Shown here one piece after another: positions 1 through 6,175 of a stretch of 34,842 nucleotides of DNA. The stretch's first letter is position 1, and the number at the start of each line of letters is the position of its first letter. The stretch is from Anaerolineae bacterium (lineage in GTDB: Bacteria; Chloroflexota; Anaerolineae; JAADDB01), in assembly GCA_026983525.1 (NCBI GenBank), contig JALWHQ010000435.1, forward strand, positions 1-34,842, in the 5' to 3' direction. The notes under the pieces were generated by a model. The model worked only from the letters and a program-made list of their open reading frames with translations, was not told the DNA's origin and made no database searches. A program made the translations under genes and the position numbers.

Positions 1-409
1 GCACATCTATAGAGAGCATCCCCTGGCTTAACTCCTCAACTTCCTCTCGAGTCATGGTGCCTAATCGACGAAAGGTGCCGGGCAAATCCCAGCGATGGTT
101 GAAGACGTGGACACCCGCGTATCGGGTATTCATATCCTCAACAGTGACCCCCAGGTGTTTGTGGATCGCTTCTTCGGGCATGGGCTGGTGAGTGCCCAGG
201 GCAATAAGGTAGTCCAGGGCAGCAACCTCACCCCAGAGGATGTTGTGAAAAAGGCGGAAGAACAAATCGGCAGGGCCACTGCGGGTGCCGTCGGGGATGA
301 TCACGAGCACGCGTTTTCCTGCGAGATCCAGTTTCCCCAAGCCTTCCTCGAGGATTGCACGCACTTCCGCTTCTGTCAAAACTCGGTCGGTCACGCCCTT
401 GCCAACCAT
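1..409 (-). CDS. LarA-family (nickel-pincer lactate racemase-like, DUF2088 N-terminal domain) protein; 5' part only, runs off the window start
   Basis: Absent from the ORF track because it is open at the window edge. Reverse-strand translation from ATG at 409 gives MVGKGVTDRVLTEAEVRAILEEGLGKLDLAGKRVLVIIPDGTRSGPADLFFRLFHNILWGEVAALDYLIALGTHQPMPEEAIHKHLG... This matches the LarA N-terminal pattern as I recall it from L. plantarum LarA (IVIISSDHTRPVP ... ILVATGFHRP). AGGAG lies about 10 nt upstream of the ATG. The + ORF 95..529 is its antisense shadow. Confidence 0.6.
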   Translation of the reverse strand, partial: MVGKGVTDRVLTEAEVRAILEEGLGKLDLAGKRVLVIIPDGTRSGPADLFFRLFHNILWGEVAALDYLIALGTHQPMPEEAIHKHLGVTVEDMNTRYAGVHVFNHRWDLPGTFRRLGTMTREEVEELSQGMLSIDV

Positions 410-427
410 GGTGATACACTCCTTTCG

Positions 428-545
428 GGTTACAGGTTACAGGTTACAGGTTACAAGTTAAAGGTTAACCGGCGGCAGTTGCCGCCAGCCAACGTCAACC
501 GCGTTCAGCCTTCAACTTTTAACCTTTAACCTGCAACCTGTAACC
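428..545. repeat. Long imperfect palindrome built from tandem heptamers (GGTTACA family) around an inner GC hairpin
   Basis: 428-469 is six head-to-tail 7-mers: GGTTACA x4, AGTTAAA, GGTTAAC. 511-545 is five 7-mers: TTCAACT, TTTAACC x2, TGCAACC, TGTAACC. These are the reverse complement of the first five, with 31 of 35 positions pairing. The loop holds GGCGGCA-gt-TGCCGCC (471-486). The element sits between the SDR stop (552) and the larA-like start (409). Confidence 0.85.
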
Positions 546-551
546 ACCTTT

Positions 552-1379
552 CTATACGCCGCTGAAGGCCGAGAAGCCGCCGTCGATGGGGATGACCACG
601 CCCGTGACGAACGCAGACGCGTCCGATAGCAGCCAGACTACCGCGCCGATGAGATCTTCGGGGGCCCCGAAGCGGCCCATAGGCGTGTGGTCGATGATAG
701 TTTTTCCGCGTGGGGTGAGATCACCGGTTTTCTCGTCGATAAGCAGGAAGCGGTTTTGCTGGGTGAGGAAGAAGCCGGGCGCGATGGCGTTCACGCGAAT
801 GTGAGGGGAGTATTCCTGGGCCATGTGAACAGCCAGCCATTGAGTGAAGTTGCTCACCGCTGCCTTGGCCGCGGAATATGCCGGAATACGCGTTAACGGT
901 CGGAAGGCATTCATGGAAGATACGTTGATGATGACCCCTTGGCCTTGTTCGGCCATGACTCGACCAAAAACCTGCGAGGGAATAACGGTCCCCATGAAAT
1001 TTACGTCGAAGACGGTGCGCATAGCCTCGACGGGTAGGTCAAAGAATGAATGGTCGGGTGAAGTGGTGGCTTGAGGGTGGTTTCCGCCCGCGCCGTTGAT
1101 GAGTGCATCAACGCGTTCCCAGTGTTCCAGAATGATTTCGCGCGCTCGCTCCACGGACTCACGGTCGGTGACATCCACGCTCAGGGCGATGGCCTTACCC
1201 CCCTTCCGACGGATTTCGTCGGCAACCCGCTGTCCTTTTTCTGGGGTACGATTAAGGATAGCGATTCGCGCGCCCATCTCGGCCAGCCGTTTGGAGATGT
1301 GTCCTACCAATACGCCGCCGCCTCCGGAGGCGACGATGACTCGATCCTTTAAATCGAACAAATCCTTTGAATCCGCCAT
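552..1379 (-). CDS. SDR-family oxidoreductase (short-chain dehydrogenase), sugar-acid reductase-like (UxuB/mannonate-fructuronate type)
   Basis: 275 aa. Rossmann motif VASGGGGVLVG; NGAGGNHPQATT; catalytic region SSMNAF...YSAAKAAV (YxxxK); C-terminal PMGRFGAPEDLIGAVVWLLSDASAFVTG typical of classical SDRs. The subfamily guess is from remembered similarity only. Confidence 0.9.
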   Translation of the reverse strand: MADSKDLFDLKDRVIVASGGGGVLVGHISKRLAEMGARIAILNRTPEKGQRVADEIRRKGGKAIALSVDVTDRESVERAREIILEHWERVDALINGAGGNHPQATTSPDHSFFDLPVEAMRTVFDVNFMGTVIPSQVFGRVMAEQGQGVIINVSSMNAFRPLTRIPAYSAAKAAVSNFTQWLAVHMAQEYSPHIRVNAIAPGFFLTQQNRFLLIDEKTGDLTPRGKTIIDHTPMGRFGAPEDLIGAVVWLLSDASAFVTGVVIPIDGGFSAFSGV

Positions 1380-1423
1380 GGATTATTTCTCCTCGCAATA
1401 CATGGGTCTGCATGAAAGGGGAT

Positions 1424-1469
1424 AGCACACGTGTGCAAAGAGTATACCGCGGAGAGTGCCGCCGAGCAA
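1424..1469 (-). promoter_or_regulatory. Putative sigma-70-type promoter plus palindromic operator for the SDR-larA operon
   Basis: On the - strand: TTGCTC (1464-1469), 17-nt spacer, TATACT (1441-1446), one nt, then TTTGCACACGTGTGCT (1424-1439, core GCACACGTGTGC is a perfect palindrome). The same 16-mer, with one difference, follows the TATACT box of the ABC promoter at 6084-6099. Confidence 0.5.
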
Positions 1470-1610
1470 ACGTAATACTCAAGTTGCGCTTTGTGGAGAG
1501 TGTTTCTAACTTCCCTCTAATATTCAACTAATGCCCGTCTAACGGTTGGTTGGCAGAATAGGAAGCGGAATGGAAAGAAATTTTGCCGATTTAAGAAAGG
1601 AGGTGACACT

Positions 1611-2063
1611 ATGGCGGCTTTGGTACGTTGGGATCCGGTGCGGGAAATGCGGGTCCTGAGGGATATGATGGATAGGATCATGGAAGAGACCTTCGGCCCC
1701 ATTGCCGAGCGAGGGCGTGTAGTGGAAAGTTGGGCGCTGTTGCCTCGGGTAGATGTTTATGAAACCGATACCGATGTCGTCGTAAAAGCTACTGTGCCCG
1801 GGGTAAAACCTGAGGACTTGGACATTACTCTGACGGGCAATGTCCTGACCATCAAGGGAGAAGTCAAGGAGGAGGATACCGAAGAAAACGCGAACTTCAT
1901 CCGCCGTGAGCGTGTGTTCGGCACTTTCCGCCGTGACCTGACGCTGCCCGTTGATGTCGACGTGGAGAAGGCAGAAGCTACCTTTGAGAACGGTGTTCTG
2001 ACCTTGCGCTTGCCCAAGGCAGAGGTGGCCAAGCCCAAGCGCCTGACGGTCAAGGCCAAGTAA
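1611..2063 (+). CDS. hsp20: Hsp20/alpha-crystallin family small heat-shock protein
   Basis: 150 aa. Alpha-crystallin domain: PRVDVYETDTDVVVKATVPGVKPEDLDITLTGNVLTIKGE ... FGTFRRDLTLPVDVDVEKAEATFENGVLTLRLPK. AAGGAGGTG SD 6 nt before the ATG. Confidence 0.93.
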   Translation: MAALVRWDPVREMRVLRDMMDRIMEETFGPIAERGRVVESWALLPRVDVYETDTDVVVKATVPGVKPEDLDITLTGNVLTIKGEVKEEDTEENANFIRRERVFGTFRRDLTLPVDVDVEKAEATFENGVLTLRLPKAEVAKPKRLTVKAK

Positions 2064-2072
2064 CCTGATGGA

Positions 2073-2110
2073 GGGACGCCGTGAAAACCGCTACGGCGTC
2101 CCCTTCTTTA
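2073..2110 (+). terminator. Rho-independent terminator after hsp20
   Basis: GGGACGCCGT (2073-2082) pairs with ACGGCGTCCC (2093-2102), followed by CTTCTTT. Confidence 0.7.
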
Positions 2111-2145
2111 GGTTCCTGAAGATCGCGAGTCATGGGCATGCTGGT

Positions 2146-2174
2146 TTGTCGTTGGAGGGACGGTGTAGTATACT
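2146..2174 (+). promoter_or_regulatory. Candidate promoter (TTGTCG-N17-TATACT)
   Basis: TTGTCG 2146-2151, 17-nt spacer, TATACT 2169-2174. Downstream are two hairpins before the 2294 start: a 14-bp one at 2206-2236 and GGGG-aggtt-CCCC at 2246-2258. Confidence 0.3.
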
Positions 2175-2293
2175 CTATGAGGTCGGAACGGAAGATTCCA
2201 TAGGCAACAAAGCGACGGCATAGCCGTCGCTTTGTTCGTAAGGTATGGGGAGGTTCCCCGGAATTTGTGCCTCTTGTTTGTGATGGAGGACGT

Positions 2294-2929
2294 ATGCGTG
2301 GAGAGCGATGGCAGGTTGATCAGGTGCTGCGCCACTTCGTGGAAGTGAAGGAGATTGCCGACACGACCCGGGAAGCCCTGGCGAAGGCCATCGTTCAGGA
2401 ATTGCTTTCTCAAGCACGGAAGCGTGATTTGAAAGGGTGGCGCGAAGCATTGGACTACCTGGCTGAGGTCCGAGAAGGGTTCGTATTGAGTGTGCGAGCG
2501 GAGCAGGTTCGTGATGCTCGGGAGTTGATGTATCTGGTGAATCGCCTGCTCATGGACTGGGATTGGCTTCGTGATCTGGGCATCGAGATGGCACCTTTAG
2601 AGGAGATCGAGCGAGTTGGGCGTCAACTCGTTGCTTTCACCATGGCCGCGGTCGCGTTTGCCCTTACCCCTCAACTTCCGGCCGAGGCCGTGACATTTCC
2701 GTTGCGCGATTTCTTCCCTCAGCCCACTTACTCTGACATTCCGGTGCCTCGTTCGCCTGCCGAGCTTTGGGAGCGAATCGAGGAGGTGGAACGGGTGGTG
2801 TATGCTGCCGGGATTCGGCCGTTGTCTTCACTGCCTGCACCGGGATTGCGTCGAACATATGCCTTCTTCGAGGCGAACGCGTGGGTGGCCGACCAACAAA
2901 TGGCGCGATTCCTGGGGACTGAGGATTAG
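2294..2929 (+). CDS. Hypothetical protein (no domain recognised)
   Basis: The ORF track gives 2267..2929. I prefer the in-frame ATG at 2294 because GGAGGA (2285-2290) precedes it. Acidic/Arg-rich, helical-looking sequence with coding-like composition. No motif I can name. Confidence 0.6.
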   Translation: MRGERWQVDQVLRHFVEVKEIADTTREALAKAIVQELLSQARKRDLKGWREALDYLAEVREGFVLSVRAEQVRDARELMYLVNRLLMDWDWLRDLGIEMAPLEEIERVGRQLVAFTMAAVAFALTPQLPAEAVTFPLRDFFPQPTYSDIPVPRSPAELWERIEEVERVVYAAGIRPLSSLPAPGLRRTYAFFEANAWVADQQMARFLGTED

Positions 2930-3055
2930 ATTCTGATCTTTTGCTACAAGGAATCTGGGCTGACGTGTTGGATCCCAGATATCGAATCTCTTGGAGATCA
3001 CAGAAGGTGAGCAGAGAACGGTCGCACGCTATTCTGTAGTTAGGAGGGATGACCC

Positions 3056-3313
3056 ATGCCGATCTACGCGTATCGTTGCCGGGTGTGTGGTGCGGAGTTT
3101 GAGCGGTTACAATCTTTTTCCGATACGACCGTGCCTAAATGCCCGGAAGGGCACGAGGACGTGGTACGACTTTTGAAGCCACCGGCCATTCACTTCAAGG
3201 GAACAGGTTGGTATATCACAGACAGCAAGCGTGGTAATGGGAAGAATCCGGCCAGCCAGCCCACGAAGGAAAAGAGTATGTCTGGCGATTCAGAGAGCAG
3301 CGAGAATGAATAG
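3056..3313 (+). CDS. FmdB-family zinc-ribbon protein (CxxC...CP type putative regulatory protein)
   Basis: MPIYAYRCRVCGAEFERLQSFSDTTVPKCPEGHEDVVRLL is the characteristic FmdB/CxxC_CxxC_SSSS N-terminus. GGAGGG lies 8 nt upstream. Confidence 0.8.
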   Translation: MPIYAYRCRVCGAEFERLQSFSDTTVPKCPEGHEDVVRLLKPPAIHFKGTGWYITDSKRGNGKNPASQPTKEKSMSGDSESSENE

Positions 3314-3361
3314 ACGATAGACGATGGACATATCCCCCTCGGGCGTCCATCGTCTATCGTC
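3313..3361. terminator. Perfect 17-bp hairpin between convergent fmdB-like and trpB2 genes, arms made of GACGATR heptamers
   Basis: GACGATAGACGATGGAC (3313-3329) pairs with GTCCATCGTCTATCGTC (3345-3361), 15-nt loop. It starts on the last base of the fmdB-like stop codon. On the - strand it is followed by TATTCATTCT. Confidence 0.7.
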
Positions 3362-3375
3362 CGTTGCTGCCTTCC

Positions 3376-4740
3376 CTATACTTGGGGAAGGTGCCGTAAG
3401 GCTTCTTTGATCTGTTCTTCTGGGTATTCGTAATCCTCCAATTCGCCCCGTAGATATGCATCGTACGCGGCCAGATCAAAGTGGCCGTGCCCCGAAAGGT
3501 TGAAGGCGATGACGACTTTCTCTCCACGCTCTTTGGCAATGAGGGCCTGTTCCATAGCAACACGTACCGCGTGCGCGCTTTCTGGCGCGGGTACGATTCC
3601 TTCGTGGCGCGCGAAGTGCACGGCCGCTTCGAATATGGCATTTTGATGAACGGCTTGGGCTTCGATCAGTCCCTTGTCGTAAAGTGCGCACACTTGCGCG
3701 GCCATGCCGTGATACCGCAGACCGCCCGCGTGGATAGGGGGCGGCATGAAGGTGTGCCCGAGTGTGTACATCTTGATGAGGGGCGTCATCTGGGCGGTAT
3801 CACCGAAGTCATACGCATATAGCCCTTTGGTGAGTGTGGGGGCTGCCGTGGGCTCTACCGCGATTATCCGGTATTGTTTGCCCTCGCGAATCTTATCCCG
3901 AATGAAGGGGAACGTGAATCCGGCAAAGTTGCTTCCTCCCCCAATGGCTCCGATCAAAATGTCGGGTTCTTCGCCGGCCAGTTCGAACTGCTTTTGTGCC
4001 TCTAATCCGATAATGGTTTGGTGCATGAGCACGTGGTTGAGCACAGAACCCAACGAGTAGCGGGTGTCGTCATGGGTCGCGGCGTCCTCTACAGCTTCGG
4101 AAATGGCGATGCCCAGGCTGCCAGGGCTGTCAGGATCTTTGGCCAGAATGCGTCGGCCTGCTTCCGTGTCGGGGCTTGGACTGGGCACGACCTGGGCGCC
4201 GTAGGTTTCCATGAGAATGCGGCGATAGGGCTTTTGCTGGTAACTGACCTTTACCATGTAAACTTTGAGGTCGATGCCGAAGACACTACAGGCAAATGCC
4301 AGTGCGCTCCCCCATTGACCGGCACCGGTTTCCGTGGTCAAGCGGCGAACACCTTCCTGGGCATTGTAGAAGGCTTGGGCTACGGCAGTGTTGGGCTTGT
4401 GGCTTCCAGAGGGACTTACGCCCTCGTACTTGAAGTAGATGTGGGCGGGGGTGTCCAGGGCTTTTTCCCAACGTCGAGCGCGAATTAGCGGGGTAGGGCG
4501 CCACATGCGGTACACGTCCAGCACGGGCTCGGGAATATCAATGTACCGCTCGGTACTCACTTCTTGCATGATCAGCGCCATAGGAAAGAGTGGGGCCAAG
4601 TCATCCGGCCCGATGGGTTGGCCGGTCCCCGGATGCAGGACGGGCGGCATCTCAATGCCTGCCGCGGGGAGGTCGGCAGCAATGTTGTACCATTGTTTGG
4701 GGAGATCCTTCTCGCTGAGAATGTACTTTTTGCTTTCCAT
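3376..4740 (-). CDS. trpB2: TrpB2-type tryptophan synthase beta-like PLP enzyme (stand-alone, no trpA nearby)
   Basis: N-terminus [28 protein letters not shown]-lysine motif [11 protein letters not shown], then [13 protein letters not shown] and [11 protein letters not shown]. Length about 454 aa fits TrpB2. Start moved from 4821 to the ATG at 4740 because AAGGAGG (4749-4755) lies 8 nt upstream of it. Confidence 0.9.
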   Translation of the reverse strand: MESKKYILSEKDLPKQWYNIAADLPAAGIEMPPVLHPGTGQPIGPDDLAPLFPMALIMQEVSTERYIDIPEPVLDVYRMWRPTPLIRARRWEKALDTPAHIYFKYEGVSPSGSHKPNTAVAQAFYNAQEGVRRLTTETGAGQWGSALAFACSVFGIDLKVYMVKVSYQQKPYRRILMETYGAQVVPSPSPDTEAGRRILAKDPDSPGSLGIAISEAVEDAATHDDTRYSLGSVLNHVLMHQTIIGLEAQKQFELAGEEPDILIGAIGGGSNFAGFTFPFIRDKIREGKQYRIIAVEPTAAPTLTKGLYAYDFGDTAQMTPLIKMYTLGHTFMPPPIHAGGLRYHGMAAQVCALYDKGLIEAQAVHQNAIFEAAVHFARHEGIVPAPESAHAVRVAMEQALIAKERGEKVVIAFNLSGHGHFDLAAYDAYLRGELEDYEYPEEQIKEALRHLPQV

Positions 4741-4873
4741 GGTCATGACCTCCTTAAATGAGTTTGAGCAACTGCCGGTCGAGATGCGCGTGTACACGCG
4801 GGAAGAAAGGGACAATGACAAAGCAGAGGGTTGAAGAATTCAACCTAACGGAAGAGACTTATGGGTGGGGTAA

Positions 4874-4966
4874 TTACATCGCGCGCGGCCGGGCCAAGCC
4901 CGGCCACCAGGACCAGGAACGAAGGAGGACAACGAACGGGGCTACGAAAGTGCCCAAGAACGGCAT
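4874..4966 (-). CDS. Candidate Trp-rich leader peptide (30 aa) upstream of trpB2
   Basis: Hand translation: MPFLGTFVAPFVVLLRSWSWWPGLARPRAM*. Trp codons at 4913-4915, 4907-4909 and 4904-4906. GGAGCAGGAGCA lies upstream of the ATG. The ORF lies downstream of the predicted promoter at 5000-5028 and 134 nt upstream of the trpB2 start. Confidence 0.5.
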   Translation of the reverse strand: MPFLGTFVAPFVVLLRSWSWWPGLARPRAM

Positions 4967-4999
4967 ACGTGTACGTGCTCCTGCTCCAAGGATTGTGCT

Positions 5000-5028
5000 A
5001 TTATACGGTGCTCCTGGTGTCGAGGCAA
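5000..5028 (-). promoter_or_regulatory. Putative promoter of the trpB2 leader transcript
   Basis: On the - strand: TTGCCT (5023-5028), 17-nt spacer, consensus TATAAT (5000-5005). Confidence 0.5.
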
Positions 5029-5043
5029 ATTTCGCCTTGAAGG

Positions 5044-6018
5044 TTGAAATGCGCACCTGCTCGGAGGATGGACGTGACCACACAGCGTGAACGTAAAGCA
5101 CCTCAATCAATATATACGGCACGTTTTCCCGTGGACTTGCAAGTGCACACGACTTGTTCGGATGGCACGCTGCGACCCGATCAGGTAGTGGCACTGGCTA
5201 AAGAGGTTGGGGTATCGGTTCTGGCCATTACCGACCACGATTCGGTGGACGGGGTGGATGTGGCAGTGGAAGTGGGGCGTTCGCTGGGGGTCACGGTCAT
5301 TCCGGCTGTGGAAATTAGTCTCCGACACGAACCGGAACGAGACTTTTTCGACATGGATCTCCTGGGATACTGGATCGATGTCCATCATCCCCTTCTGGTT
5401 GACACACTGCGGCAGGCGCGAGAAGGGCGCATCCTGCAGAAGAAGTTGCAAGTGGAACGTCTGGCCTCCCTTGGGTACGATATCACGTGGGAGGACGTGG
5501 CCGCGCGCGCTCGCGGCGTACCCGGCCGCCCCCACATAGCCGAAGTGCTTGTGGAACGTCACCCGGACGAGTTCCCCTCCATTGACGCGGTGTTCGAGTC
5601 CGTGCTCAGCATCCACAGCCCACACTACGTGCCTCGGCCCAGCGCGCCCTCCCTTGAGGAAGCGGTGAGGCTGGTGCGGGCCGCGGGCGGGCTTCCCGTC
5701 CTCGCGCACCCCGGGTTGTACACCGACGCGCGCGATATAGACGACGTTATCGCACGCGCGGCTCAGGCCGGCGTGATGGGCCTGGAAGTGTGGTACCCCT
5801 ACCACAAGACGAGCGTGTGCCCTGGCTGTTCGGAGGCCGAGTTGCAGCGCATGTTCGATTATTTCGAGGCCCTGGCCGACAGGCTTGGGCTTGCCAAGAC
5901 CGGCGGAAGCGATTACCACGGAGAACGTAAGGACATACAGTTAGGGGAGCAGGGATTGACATGGGAGCGTTTTAAGGCATTGCAGGCGTACGTTTCAGAG
6001 TTTCACCATAGATCATAA
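5044..6018 (+). CDS. PHP-domain metal-dependent phosphoesterase, TrpH/YciV-like
   Basis: FPVDLQVHTTCSDGTLRP, LAITDHDSVDG, VIPAVEIS, LPVLAHPGLY and GGSDYHG match the PHP motif set, and the overall layout matches E. coli TrpH/YciV as I recall it. Start is uncertain (5044 or the ATG at 5068). Confidence 0.85.
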   Translation: MKCAPARRMDVTTQRERKAPQSIYTARFPVDLQVHTTCSDGTLRPDQVVALAKEVGVSVLAITDHDSVDGVDVAVEVGRSLGVTVIPAVEISLRHEPERDFFDMDLLGYWIDVHHPLLVDTLRQAREGRILQKKLQVERLASLGYDITWEDVAARARGVPGRPHIAEVLVERHPDEFPSIDAVFESVLSIHSPHYVPRPSAPSLEEAVRLVRAAGGLPVLAHPGLYTDARDIDDVIARAAQAGVMGLEVWYPYHKTSVCPGCSEAELQRMFDYFEALADRLGLAKTGGSDYHGERKDIQLGEQGLTWERFKALQAYVSEFHHRS

Positions 6019-6051
6019 GAAAACGACGCGCATCTTCCCCTATTTTGGAAC

Positions 6052-6099
6052 TTGACAGGATGTAGGGGTATCATTATACTGGGTTTGCAAACGTGTGCA
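6052..6099 (+). promoter_or_regulatory. Near-consensus promoter plus operator of the ABC transporter operon
   Basis: TTGACA (6052-6057), 17-nt spacer, TATACT (6075-6080), 3 nt, then TTTGCAAACGTGTGCA (6084-6099). The core TGCAAACGTGTGCA is a 14-mer palindrome with one mismatched pair. Confidence 0.6.
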
Positions 6100-6175
6100 C
6101 TTCTCGTGAGTAACGACATCCCCCAAAATTTGGCAGGTTCTTGTCTGAGAAATCCATGAAAAGGAGGAGGAGGCC

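Noticed and set aside
95-529. 144-aa + strand ORF at the window start
   Set aside because: It is antisense to a reverse-strand frame that translates into a recognisable LarA-like N-terminus with its own SD. Its 3' end also reads through the heptamer palindrome. Shadow ORF.
1380-1610. Heat-shock operator (CIRCE or HAIR) upstream of hsp20
   Set aside because: Only a single ACTCAAG half-site (1476-1482) is present, without the inverted CTTGAGT partner at N7. There is no TTAGCACTC-N9-GAGTGCTAA. The GCACACGTGTGC palindrome there belongs to the divergent SDR promoter.
4741-5043. Possible T-box riboswitch (GGGTGGGGTAATTACATCGCGCG at 4863-4885 resembles the GGGTGGTACCGCG T-box motif)
   Set aside because: The motif is on the + strand, which is the wrong orientation for trpB2. 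It has insertions relative to the consensus, and I found no specifier-loop or AG-bulge features. The Trp-codon leader ORF on the - strand explains the region better.
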